Shown here piece by piece: positions 10,306 to 20,067 of a stretch of 46,041 bases of DNA; the first letter of the stretch is position 1; each line of letters begins with the position of its first letter. Position numbers and translations under genes: made by a program. The stretch is from a virus. The notes under the pieces are model-generated. The model saw nothing but the letters and a program-made list of their open reading frames with translations, was not told where the DNA came from and made no database searches. The stretch lies in the UHGV virus genome UHGV-1457062; one strand, written 5' to 3'.

Positions 10306-10962
10306 TTATTTCACTTCTCCGTCATACGTCGGAAGGGTGTCTTTAGTGGTGCTGGCTGTTCCTGCATTGGTTGGCACTTGGCTTTTTACCTGTCCGCCTG
10401 TGCTCTTAGGTGATGCGGTCTTTACAGCAATAGCGTTAGTAGTTGCATAACTCACTAATCTTATCTGTTCGAACTGCAAATCAAACTGTAAAGCTGATTC
10501 TGTTTTATATTCGTAGTCAATGCCTGTCAGAATCATATTATCAAACGTCTTATGCTCTGTGCTTACAATAATAGGCTGTCTGGCATTCATTATTTCATCA
10601 AGATAAGCAATAGCCTGTGAACACCTGTTACCGTTCACCCCTGCACTTGATAGCATATCACCACGTAATGCTAATGGTGTTTCTGTAATAATGCCTGAAA
10701 GCATAAGTTTATTATTCTTGATCCTGACATTATCAGATACATCATTACCATCCTGCACAGGATACGATGTAACATCGGCAGAACGTGAAACCTTAGTTGC
10801 CGGAACAGCGTCAAAAGTAATAGCTTTATAACTGGCTATCGTTGATGCATTCTCGTTATTCAGGTTGCTACATATAATGGCAAATCCGTTATCAGATTTA
10901 ACCTTGCTGTTAGATGTATTAATGTTAGATGTGCTGTTGATCTGACTTTCTTTGATAGCCAT
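10306..10962 (-). CDS. hypothetical protein (218 aa), Ser/Thr/Asn-rich
   Basis: Long ORF last in a co-directional block; no recognised motif. Confidence 0.55.
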   Translation of the reverse strand: MAIKESQINSTSNINTSNSKVKSDNGFAIICSNLNNENASTIASYKAITFDAVPATKVSRSADVTSYPVQDGNDVSDNVRIKNNKLMLSGIITETPLALRGDMLSSAGVNGNRCSQAIAYLDEIMNARQPIIVSTEHKTFDNMILTGIDYEYKTESALQFDLQFEQIRLVSYATTNAIAVKTASPKSTGGQVKSQVPTNAGTASTTKDTLPTYDGEVK

Positions 10963-11035
10963 TTATATTAATCCTTGTGTAATGAGCGGAAAGCAATAAA
11001 TATTGCCCCCGCTTTATTATTAGTTATCGTTAAAC

Positions 11036-12937
11036 TTAGTTAACGCTACTCTGTCCTGACAACGTGCTAAGAATCAGATTCGAACTAAACTGATTGTTGT
11101 TCGCTCTGATCTCAGTGCGGATTAAATCCTGAAAGCCGGGACCGTTAGGGATGACGTTAACAGAGATCATATCACTCGGCACCGTAACCTGTGCATTCAC
11201 GTTAACAGGGGTTGCGTATTGACGTTGTAGGCTTACAGTCGGCTGATAGGCTTCTGCTTTACGTGCAACAAGGGTTGATCCGTAGCTGTTAGCATTGCCA
11301 TTAATTAAATCAGTCCACCACCCTGGAACGCCGGACTGTGTTTCCTCACCGCGCACAATACGCCCTACATCTTTCGTATCGAGTCCAGTTGCATAACGAA
11401 TACCTTCATTGATAATCGTTGATGGCGACCATTCCCCATCTGTAACAGCGTCCATAACCTTTTGTGTCTCAGGTCGGTTATCATTCTCACCACGGCTAAG
11501 ATGTTTATTAATCCAGCTTGTGATTTGATTCCCGTAAGAAGTCATAGAGGTCAGTAATATAGCGCCTTGTTTAGCCAAATCCCCGAACGATGCACCAACA
11601 CCATAAGCTGCATTCTGTAAGGCTTTGCTTTCTTCCGGTTTGAGTGCTGGCATGTTGGCTATGCCATCAAAGAAGCCCAAAATAGCCTGATTCGATAGTC
11701 CATCTGTCAGACGGTCAAAGGCTGTAGCTGTCTTGTTAGCTGCGCGATATTGCTCTTTCTGTGCTTCTGTCAGTAGCTGCCCGTTGTTTTCCATATCAAC
11801 CATCGTTTTACGGAACTCTTCCCCATCACGGGAAAACATCTTGAGATAATGGCTGGCATCGTCTGCTAATGGTTCGATCAGGGATATGATGGCTTCTTTA
11901 GTCATTCCTCGGCGTTCACCTTCTCTCACCACGTCTTGCAAGAGTTGCAGCGGTCGCCCCTGGTAGGAAGCTATCTTATCTTTGTTCCATGCAAAGGCAT
12001 TCTGAATATCATTTAATGATCCTTCCCCGCCTCGCCACTCTTTTTTCTTACTATCCCATTCAGCAGTTCGGCTTTGATGACCAATGCGTTCGTTTAAGTC
12101 TTTGATATTATCAGTGGTCTTGTCCGCGCTTGCACTTGATACACCGTTTGCCCTCCCCCAATTAACCATTGCAGCCACCTGATTGCTATCGGCACCTACC
12201 AGATCGCTCATCTTCTGCAATTCCATACGTTCACGGGCTTTTTCCATTCCAGCGGATACAGCCATACTTCCTAAGCCAACGGCAGCGCCGCCGATAATGC
12301 CACCAACACCGCCCATCATTAACGCGCCACCGCCGCTAACACCTTCTTTGTGGAGCTTCTTAGAAGTAACTGGATATACCCCCCCAGCGGCAGCATTACG
12401 ACGCGTAGCAGCGGCTGCGGCTCGTCTTTCTAATGTGATGCGGTCACGGATCAGGGCATTCATCTTCGCTTGCGATATAGCGCCGGATTCATAGAGGCGG
12501 GTTTGTTCCTTAATGTAACGTAGAGCATCGTGATATTTCTTAATATCCATCCCTTCGCCATAGCGGGAATTGTTCTTGATGCCTTGTAACTGGCGATATG
12601 ATGCAAGGCGCTTGATCTCTGCCTTTTCAGCAATTGAGGCTCGTTTAGCCTGTGCTTTAGCGAGGTTTTTAGCTTCCTGTAGCTTCTGTTTAGTGCTGGC
12701 TTTAGATGCCTGTGTCTCAGATTTAACAGCCTGCTTAACATGCTGATCATGCTGGCGCTGAATCTCTTTTCCCAGCCTCTGTAAATCTTTCTGACGTGCT
12801 GCCGCCACTTGCACAGGTTTGATCCCCTGCATCTTCTTTTGTAGCTTATCCACTTCATTCTTAGCTTTCTGTAAGCTCTTGAAATCAGTGGTAAATGTCA
12901 CAACATTACTAATTCGTGAGGCGCTAATTTCTAACAT
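11036..12937 (-). CDS. hypothetical 633-aa protein: basic coiled-coil N-terminus, Gly-zipper hydrophobic segment, large C-terminal domain (tape-measure/pilot-like architecture)
   Basis: Heptad-like K/Q/A-rich N-terminus, GGALMMGGVGGIIGGAAVGLGSMAVSAG segment, no P-loop or catalytic motif recognised. Confidence 0.7.
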   Translation of the reverse strand: MLEISASRISNVVTFTTDFKSLQKAKNEVDKLQKKMQGIKPVQVAAARQKDLQRLGKEIQRQHDQHVKQAVKSETQASKASTKQKLQEAKNLAKAQAKRASIAEKAEIKRLASYRQLQGIKNNSRYGEGMDIKKYHDALRYIKEQTRLYESGAISQAKMNALIRDRITLERRAAAAATRRNAAAGGVYPVTSKKLHKEGVSGGGALMMGGVGGIIGGAAVGLGSMAVSAGMEKARERMELQKMSDLVGADSNQVAAMVNWGRANGVSSASADKTTDNIKDLNERIGHQSRTAEWDSKKKEWRGGEGSLNDIQNAFAWNKDKIASYQGRPLQLLQDVVREGERRGMTKEAIISLIEPLADDASHYLKMFSRDGEEFRKTMVDMENNGQLLTEAQKEQYRAANKTATAFDRLTDGLSNQAILGFFDGIANMPALKPEESKALQNAAYGVGASFGDLAKQGAILLTSMTSYGNQITSWINKHLSRGENDNRPETQKVMDAVTDGEWSPSTIINEGIRYATGLDTKDVGRIVRGEETQSGVPGWWTDLINGNANSYGSTLVARKAEAYQPTVSLQRQYATPVNVNAQVTVPSDMISVNVIPNGPGFQDLIRTEIRANNNQFSSNLILSTLSGQSSVN

Positions 12938-12971
12938 GCTAATTGTTTCCCTGTATTATGATTGTTGTTTG

Positions 12972-13169
12972 TTATTGTTTTTTAGAACAGTAGTATGTAA
13001 TTGCTTCAAAAGTGCTGCACCCAGTCTGAAACACACGCTGCCGCACATTATTTGCATCAATTGAAAGCATTCTGCATAAGGCACTGACATTGATTATTGA
13101 GTCATCGCTAATAGCTGCCAGTTCTTTTACAGACTTAAGAATTAATGCCTGTGAATTTTCTGTGTTCAT
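12972..13169 (-). CDS. hypothetical small protein (65 aa)
   Basis: Short ORF in the gap between the 343-aa and 633-aa genes, same strand. Confidence 0.3.
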   Translation of the reverse strand: MNTENSQALILKSVKELAAISDDSIINVSALCRMLSIDANNVRQRVFQTGCSTFEAITYYCSKKQ

Positions 13170-13322
13170 TGGTTTTCTCTCACATATATATTTTTATTTG
13201 GGTTTGTAGACAGTAGAAAAACAAAAAAGGCAAAGAGATTCGTTACTGTATTTGCGCCTACAGGTTAGGTAATCCCTTTACCCTTATTTTCCAGACGATG
13301 GGAATCGTCTATTAATGCTTTA

Positions 13323-14354
13323 TTACGCAGCAGATCCGAAGATGATAGCTTGCGGAATGTTGTTTACTGGCAGATAAGATGTCTCAGTAACCACAGATGG
13401 GAATTGGAATTCATCCTTGATTAGATATTGGTGATGCAACACGGCATCTTGACCTAACTCAGCATGACGCACACCAACGCCTGTGTGAAGCTGGTAACAC
13501 TGTACCGATTTATCCATTACCGGGACAATTGCGAAACCGTTCTCTCCGATGTGAGCAACAATCTCAGGAAACATTGACACATCAATAACAGTGATCCCAC
13601 CAATCTGGAAAGAGTCATAGGCTGGGTTAGAATCAACCATACGGGTAAACAGGGCCGTAGCACTCGCATCACCTGCATATTTCACCATGTCACTGATCAG
13701 CGGGTTAGATGACAAACCATCAGCAGCAGCGCCAGCAGCAAAGATAATTACACCAGTTCGCTTTGCAGCAAGACCAGACCCCAGCTTTTCACTCTGTAAG
13801 CGCACCGCTTTACGAATAGCAAGGAACGGGTTAACAGTAGTCGATGCAAAGTCGATAGCGGGTACCGTGGTTTTAGCCTGACCGTCGAGGAAGTCGAGAT
13901 CACCTTGTCCGGCATATTCAGATTCAACTTTCAGTCCCAGCAGCGCGGTAATCAGATCCACTTCAACACGGTTTGCGTGTGAACGGTAATGAGCCTCAGA
14001 GAAATCATTAACCGCTACCAGCATAGCATCAGAACGGTTTGGATATTGGCGGCTGTATTGTTCCAGGTCACGAGAAGTAACAGCGTTAATACTGCCGACG
14101 TGTTTCATCTGGAAAAGTTTGTTTGACCATTCCTGACGTTTAGAGGCGTTCCAGTCGCTTTGAGCGTAAGGCGAGGTTTCCCCAGCTACCTGCACAAACT
14201 GATCGATCAGGTCGGTAAGAAGAATGCTGTTTTCTGTATGATATTGCACATCGAACAGATCGAGATTAGTAATCAGGGTATTAAGTGCATTCTCATAAGC
14301 AAAAGGAGTTACTACCGCAGTATTAACGCCAAAATATGTTGATAAATCATTCAT
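13323..14354 (-). CDS. hypothetical protein (343 aa)
   Basis: Long ORF in co-directional block; no nucleotide-binding motif; function unknown (structural role is only a guess). Confidence 0.65.
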   Translation of the reverse strand: MNDLSTYFGVNTAVVTPFAYENALNTLITNLDLFDVQYHTENSILLTDLIDQFVQVAGETSPYAQSDWNASKRQEWSNKLFQMKHVGSINAVTSRDLEQYSRQYPNRSDAMLVAVNDFSEAHYRSHANRVEVDLITALLGLKVESEYAGQGDLDFLDGQAKTTVPAIDFASTTVNPFLAIRKAVRLQSEKLGSGLAAKRTGVIIFAAGAAADGLSSNPLISDMVKYAGDASATALFTRMVDSNPAYDSFQIGGITVIDVSMFPEIVAHIGENGFAIVPVMDKSVQCYQLHTGVGVRHAELGQDAVLHHQYLIKDEFQFPSVVTETSYLPVNNIPQAIIFGSAA

Positions 14355-14368
14355 TATTATTTTCCTTG

Positions 14369-14752
14369 TTAAGTCGTAGGGATCGCAAGTTCTTCATAAC
14401 CAGCAATTACAAAGCCGAGAGATTGCAGTTTTGCAATAACACTTGCCTTTTCCATGCTGTTAAATTCAATCCCATCTTCAGCCAGAATAACGAAAGTAGG
14501 ATGTGCAACCACTACGCTTTCCTGTCCTTCATAAGCCGGTTCAACTACTACGTGAGCAATATCAGATGCAGTTGTTGCTTTGGTGCCATCGGCTTTCAGC
14601 AAAGCCCCGACAATAAGATCGTCAGTGAGAGGTGAAGCCAGTTTGACGAGGCGATCTTGCAGCACTGGATCAGCAGCGTAAGCTACTACCTTACAGCGTG
14701 AACGGGAATTATCCGCATTCACTGCTTTTAATTTTCCATATGGGTTAGCCAT
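14369..14752 (-). CDS. hypothetical protein (127 aa)
   Basis: ORF 15 bp upstream of the 343-aa gene, same strand. Confidence 0.55.
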   Translation of the reverse strand: MANPYGKLKAVNADNSRSRCKVVAYAADPVLQDRLVKLASPLTDDLIVGALLKADGTKATTASDIAHVVVEPAYEGQESVVVAHPTFVILAEDGIEFNSMEKASVIAKLQSLGFVIAGYEELAIPTT

Positions 14753-14756
14753 AAGA

Positions 14757-14954
14757 TTATTTTCCTTTCAGTTGTTTAATTTTAGATTTAAGGGCATCAG
14801 CAAGACTAACCGCATCAGCCGATTTAAATAATTGGGCAGTGGTAGAACGAAGACTTTCGGGAGTAACTCCCAACAGTGCGGCAACCTTAATGAGGTTTTC
14901 ATCACTAACAATCATCGTTTCCCCGTCTTTGCTGATAATCATTTCTTGTTTCAT
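14757..14954 (-). CDS. hypothetical small protein (65 aa), basic C-terminus
   Basis: ORF track 14757-14996; internal ATG at 14954 (MKQEMIISKDG...) has an AGGAA RBS. Confidence 0.45.
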   Translation of the reverse strand: MKQEMIISKDGETMIVSDENLIKVAALLGVTPESLRSTTAQLFKSADAVSLADALKSKIKQLKGK

Positions 14955-15135
14955 AAATAACGTTCCTGTTAGTGCCAGACAAATAAAAAGCCCCAATGCC
15001 GTAAGAGGTTAATTCTGACCAGCAAAGGGGCTTTAACGTGCGGGCAATTACATAATTGATAAGTTAAACTATAAGAGGATTAAACATATCAGCAAATACA
15101 CTTTTTAAATATACTTGATGATATGCTTAAAGGAT

Positions 15136-15200
15136 GAATATCAGATCTTAGAAGGAAGGCTCTTAGGAGTTGCCCCTGGAATCACTAAGATCTGATATTC
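15136..15200. repeat. perfect 16-bp inverted repeat (gaatatcagatcttag / ctaagatctgatattc) with 33-bp spacer
   Basis: Read directly from sequence inside a ~950-bp ORF-free gap (15000-15948). Confidence 0.8.
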
Positions 15201-15948
15201 TGGATGCGGTGGCTAACCGCTGCCTGTTTTTGCTGTGGATGCAACAAAGTAAGGCTTTAAGGAATCACTATTCCAATTCTCATCTACTCACAGATTAAAT
15301 TTTAATAGGATTAACTACACCAACAATAATCTACCGTTTCAGAAAAAGCGTTTTTACAACCAAAGATTATAGATTTGCAGTCTATAAAACCCGTTTTGCT
15401 ATCAATATTTCCAAAGGTTATTGCACAATTCTTAGCTAAACTCTCTCTGCTTGCGGCTAACGCTATGCAGATGATTGTTTTTGACAACAACTTAATAGAT
15501 TATTCTGTTACTAACTTCCGTCATTAAATAAGAGTTTAATGATGTTAGTAAATAGTTATAAAATATAACTATCAGTGTAAGGCTCTTTAATGTTTTCGGA
15601 CAAAATAAGGAGCTTTAGGATAAGCATAGATGAAAAATAAAAGCGGGAAGGGCAAGGAGATAACACCTACCCGCTTTTATCAAAATTAAGCACAATGCCT
15701 AACAACATTCATCAACACAACGTAGAAACAATCAACAATCAAAGAGGGAGTTATGATTATTCTAAAACTTCTTGAGGGGATGGAAGGTAATATTTGTTAG
15801 AGGTTAATGCCACTCAACCTTTGAGGCTATCACCTTCCATATGCAGGGATTTATGACAGTAGAAGGATTAACACCAGTCAAAACCTTTTTATCTATCCCT
15901 AATATTATTATATAATGAAATCGTTATAAATGCAAATAATTTTCATTA

Positions 15949-16257
15949 TCATTTAGAGAAAATAGCACTTTTTGCTAAATCATCTACTAATTGCTGAATC
16001 TCTTCACTTGCAGCCTTTAACGTGCTGGCGGTGTCTGTGATGGTTTGAGTGCACATCTTGGCATCGTCCTCAATTAGCTCTAAATCGCTCACCAGAGAGA
16101 TAAAATCGTCAAGGCTTACATTCACCTTCATTAAGCTAATAACGCATTGAGAGAGCGTGTAATCGCATAAATCTGAATAGGCTTGATTTATTCTTGTTTG
16201 TAGTGAGATAGTCAGATCTAAAAGTTGTTCCATTGCATTGCTAATATCTTCTTCCAT
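15949..16257 (-). CDS. hypothetical acidic protein (102 aa), translationally coupled to rep
   Basis: Start ATG overlaps rep stop (TAATG); about 22% Asp+Glu. Confidence 0.55.
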   Translation of the reverse strand: MEEDISNAMEQLLDLTISLQTRINQAYSDLCDYTLSQCVISLMKVNVSLDDFISLVSDLELIEDDAKMCTQTITDTASTLKAASEEIQQLVDDLAKSAIFSK

Positions 16258-16817
16258 TATGCGGCTTCTCCTTGTAATGCATCATTAATCATATTCAATA
16301 CGATGTTAAAAGGTGTCTTGAGCGTCAGCACTTCATCACGATAACGCTCTAATGCTTCGTAGTCTTCTGTTTCTTCGTGCGGTGGTTTCTTCTTATCAAG
16401 GGAAAGAAGCCAAGTAAAAATTTCGGGCCGCTCAGGGAACTCTGATTCCTGTATTTCTTCTTCAACGATGATTTCTGAAACATTCAATATTTCATTAGAT
16501 TCGTTTTCTTTCTCAGAAGGATCAGGTAGTGATGATTCTCCTTTTGGAATATCAAGCACTCGATAAAGGTTAGAGCTTCCTGGTCGTGCATCTTTTATAA
16601 TTAATCCCATTTCGAGCAATTTCTTAACCCTTTCTTCTGCTGCTCTTGGTGTTATGCCAAAAACATCGCCTATCTTAGCGTAAGAGGGAAATGCACGATC
16701 AAACCCTCTCAAATAGCAGTAAAGGTTTTTAGCACTATCTGTAAATTTATGCCCGTTTACTTGGCTTATTTTTAGAATCCACATAGGAACTTTTACAAAT
16801 TGTTCTTCATTAATCAT
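16257..16817 (-). CDS. putative replication initiator (winged-helix Rep-like)
   Basis: ORF track 16257-16841 (GTG); ATG at 16817 with AAGGAGA RBS; HTH-like region ...KIGDVFGITPRAAEERVKKLLEMGLI...; iterons nearby. Confidence 0.5.
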   Translation of the reverse strand: MINEEQFVKVPMWILKISQVNGHKFTDSAKNLYCYLRGFDRAFPSYAKIGDVFGITPRAAEERVKKLLEMGLIIKDARPGSSNLYRVLDIPKGESSLPDPSEKENESNEILNVSEIIVEEEIQESEFPERPEIFTWLLSLDKKKPPHEETEDYEALERYRDEVLTLKTPFNIVLNMINDALQGEAA

Positions 16818-16870
16818 TAAAAATCTCCTTGATGTAATCACGCTCTACGGCGCTACTATGGTGATAAAAA

Positions 16871-17041
16871 TCACTTGCTTTTGTTTGAGAGTGTTTCAGC
16901 CTCTCTTTTCAACATATCAAGAATGTAATCTGTAACAGTGATACGTTTACTTCTGGCTTCTTTAAACAACACCTGAAATACTTCATCAGGAATATGAAAG
17001 CAAGTGCGTGGTTGTCTTTTCTTTTCTGTAGTTTCGCTCAT
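16871..17041 (-). CDS. ribbon-helix-helix (Arc/CopG-like) small regulator, 56 aa
   Basis: Manually translated MSETTEKKRQPRTCFHIPDEVFQVLFKEARSKRITVTDYILDMLKREAETLSNKSK; strong AGAAGGAG RBS; below the ORF-track size cut-off. Confidence 0.45.
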   Translation of the reverse strand: MSETTEKKRQPRTCFHIPDEVFQVLFKEARSKRITVTDYILDMLKREAETLSNKSK

Positions 17042-17062
17042 AGTTTTCTCCTTCTCCTGTTA

Positions 17063-17245
17063 TTATTCTTTCTCTGCTTCTGCCTTACGCAGTTCATCAA
17101 TAATTTTTAGTGCGTCGTCAAAGCATTTTTCACGCTCTGGGTAGCCACGGCGACGGGCTGTATTACGATTCTGGCGAACCTGGTAGCGGGTCATCTCACC
17201 AGCGAGATACGCAGAAACAATGTCATTTGGTGTAAACCATTTCAT
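17063..17245 (-). CDS. hypothetical small basic protein (60 aa)
   Basis: ORF at head of the RHH-rep operon. Confidence 0.4.
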   Translation of the reverse strand: MKWFTPNDIVSAYLAGEMTRYQVRQNRNTARRRGYPEREKCFDDALKIIDELRKAEAEKE

Positions 17246-17859
17246 TTTTGTAATTCCTTATTCAAATAAAAGAAAAACACACCTTGCAGCCTGACGGCTC
17301 AAAGTGCAGTGTATTGTGATTTGATTATTTAGATGGGGGAGATGCTTTTCTTACCCCTCACATTTACTTTACTACATATGGAGGCTTTTGTCAACCCCCT
17401 TTCATAAAAAATACGATCTTTTTCAATTTCTTATAATTTTTCTTATCTTTTTGTGCTATCTTATCTGGTACAATTCTCCACTATTGTCTAAAACGCTCTC
17501 AATCGCATTCTGACGAGGTTTTGATAAAAACAAGACATTCCCTTATGTAGAGGCTATTTATCTCGTCAGAGGCTTGTTTAAGGGGCTTATTTTGTATTTG
17601 TTAGATGATGGAAAGATGATGATAGATAAACTCTGATTTCAAACACCTTATAAAATACCTGCAAAGCTCTCAGAAGCTCTATAACGAGCTAATCTATTAC
17701 CGCTAAGTGTTTCCCTACCTTATATACGTTTAGCTCGCCTACGGCTTGATTTAAGCGGTAGAAACTTATTTAACCTTCAACTACTAAAACCATTCTTTCT
17801 TTTTTGTTTGTTGTTGGTTGTTGTCTGTGTGCTAACATCGCTAACGCGTAGCACACAAG

Positions 17860-18240
17860 GTTATTGCACTCGTCAGAGTATTGCACAATAGATTTTCTCT
17901 TAAATAGATTGATGATCGTTAGATTGGCGTAAGCCTCATCAATGGAACTATTGAAGCGCACAGCGCATAGACACTAACAACCATTCGCTTACGCTCAGGT
18001 TATTGCACAAGTAAATTTCAATCGTTAGATGGTAGTTAGTTAATTATCGTTCTGCGCACAGCGCAAGACTATTTAGCCTTACGCAAGCCGTAGGCTATTT
18101 GCACATAGTAGATTACATATTCGTTGTGAGCGGCATTAGCGAACATAGATCTACTAACTAACATCAACAAACAAAAAACTATGTGTTATGACAAGCAGTC
18201 TAACGACTAACACTCTAACTTGTGCAAGGTTCTGGCGAAT
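17860..18240. repeat. degenerate direct repeats (recurring TTATTGCACA, ATCGTTAGAT, GCGCACAGCGCA, CTTACGC motifs)
   Basis: Motif sets recur 2-3 times in the same order within the ORF-poor region 17250-19000. Confidence 0.5.
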
Positions 18241-18359
18241 GCCAATAGATTAAGGGATAGTCGAAGACTCCCTAACGGGTATCCCTTAATTATTCTTTAA
18301 AGATAAAAGAATTTATAAAAGATAATTTAATTGTAGTTTGATAGTTGATCTAATAGGTA

Positions 18360-18500
18360 ACAAAATTCTGTAGGGGTGGCTAACAGTTTTCTGTGGGGGT
18401 GTCTAACATAATTCTGTTAGGGTTGGGGTAACAGTTTTCTGTTAGGGTGCATATTTCTTTAAAAGTTAAGGATAACAGAATTCTGTGGGGGTAGTTCACA
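18360..18500. promoter_or_regulatory. iteron array (5 x ~22-bp TTCTGTnGGGGT-type repeats), candidate replication origin
   Basis: aattctgtaggggtggctaac / agttttctgtgggggtgtctaac / aattctgttagggttggggtaac / agttttctgttagggtg / aattctgtgggggtagttcac in tandem. Confidence 0.6.
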
Positions 18501-19010
18501 GTGACCTACCGTTACATCCATTTATCACATAACATCTGTGCAATGATCTTCTAAAAGTGTTTCTTGCTACCAAAATTAAACATCTAAAACAGGCTTAAAT
18601 TCAATGTAATTGATGATTAATCCCTGTGTAATTCCTACGTAAAAATTCAATGAAAAGTAGCTTAAAAGTGCAATGTTAGCTTTCTTCACTTTTACATCAC
18701 TTTCGCTGTGCCTTGTGTAATGCGGCATATAGCGCATCACTGCAAAATTGTTGCTCAATAAACGTTCTATCATTTGTCGAACAAGTTTCTTTAATGCAAC
18801 AAAAAATTATTTTTTCAAAATAAACACACTATTTAATAGCTTGCTAATTTTACCAAAACGTAACTACATGATTCTCATGCAAGACGTGTAGTGATAAAGC
18901 AGGCTAAATCACCACACTAAAAACCTTCGAATTTCGTAGTGAAAAAAGTCCTTTACACACCTAATCAACACGATCAATAATCACTACACACAAATCAACA
19001 CAGAAGGAAA

Positions 19011-19568
19011 ATGAAAATGGCTAATATTGGATACATTAGGGTATCGACTGTCCAACAAAACACAGACCGTCAATTAGCTGGAGTAACTCTTGATAAAGTC
19101 TTTGAAGATAAAGCGTCAGGCAAGAATACCCAGCGCCCACAGTTTGAGGCAATGATGAACTATGTGCGTGAAGGTGATGTTTTGCATGTTCACAGCATTG
19201 ATCGACTTTGCCGTAATACAGCCGACCTACTGGCAACGGTTGAGCAATTAACAGAGCGCGGCGTGTCTGTGCATTTCCATAAAGAAGACTTTAAGACAGG
19301 GAAGAACTCTCCCGCAGGGAATATGATGCTCACAGTGCTTGCAGCAGTGGCACAAATGGAACGTGAAATGATGCTTGAGCGGCAGCGTGAGGGGATCGCC
19401 GCAGCTAAGGCCGCTGGACGTATAGCAAAACGTGGTAATGGAAAAGCAATTGATCGAGCGGGAATTGTTGCCGCTCTCGCGAATGGTGGATCAATTCGGA
19501 GCGTAGCAAAAGATTTCAGTGTCAGCACACAGACGGTGCAACGTATCAAGAAAGAGCAGGAAGCGTAA
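19011..19568 (+). CDS. serine recombinase (resolvase/invertase family)
   Basis: N-terminal IGYIRVSTVQQNTDRQ catalytic motif, C-terminal HTH; about 185 aa; alternative start at 19017. Confidence 0.85.
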   Translation: MKMANIGYIRVSTVQQNTDRQLAGVTLDKVFEDKASGKNTQRPQFEAMMNYVREGDVLHVHSIDRLCRNTADLLATVEQLTERGVSVHFHKEDFKTGKNSPAGNMMLTVLAAVAQMEREMMLERQREGIAAAKAAGRIAKRGNGKAIDRAGIVAALANGGSIRSVAKDFSVSTQTVQRIKKEQEA

Positions 19569-19908
19569 TGCCTCCTGATATTTGAGAATTGTCGCTGCGT
19601 GGACCTGACGCCGCTGATCTTCGCGTTAAACATTGATCACGTCTGCGCCGATTTCAGAGAAAAAGACAGTAACTGAACTCACTATGAAGGCTAAACGTAT
19701 CTTTACACTTGATGAAAACGTTCAAAAAACAACCTAACCCCAAAATTCAACAAATTGCAACACATTGTTTTTAAAAGAAAATTAAATCTACATCAAATAT
19801 TGGTTGACGTAGATTGAGGTGAATAGTAGACTATTAGGGTAAATTACCACCCTTGTAACATCATTTAATGCATGTTCTAATCTTCCTATCGTAAAACCGG
19901 AGGAAGTT

Positions 19909-20067
19909 ATGCATTTACTTTCAAAACATCTTCACACTATTCACTTTCTCGTTATTGATGTATTCGTTGTGGCTATTAGTTACCGCATTTGCATCGCTTC
20001 CAGTGAAGAGATGGACGCTGTTGCAATTATTGCTCAAGCAATGGCGATGTTAACTAAACGACTTTAA
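19909..20067 (+). CDS. hypothetical 52-aa hydrophobic peptide
   Basis: Manually found ORF with GGAGGAAG RBS and upstream TTGACG/TAGACT promoter-like hexamers; single predicted TM helix. Confidence 0.25.
   Translation: MHLLSKHLHTIHFLVIDVFVVAISYRICIASSEEMDAVAIIAQAMAMLTKRL

Noticed and set aside
11036-12937. Plus-strand ORF 12183-12494 and minus-strand ORF 12460-12858 as separate genes
   Set aside because: Both sit inside or antisense to the long 633-aa ORF; the alternate frames are Pro/Ala/Arg-rich, typical of out-of-frame artefacts.
18360-18500. Possible CRISPR array
   Set aside because: Repeats are about 22 bp, degenerate and directly abutting without unique spacers of regular length, and no cas genes are nearby; consistent with iterons.
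17770-18773. ORFs 17770-17961(-) and 18576-18773(-) inside the repeat/iteron region
   Set aside because: They overlap the direct-repeat array and iteron flank, with no RBS and low-complexity translations; the repeats better explain the sequence.
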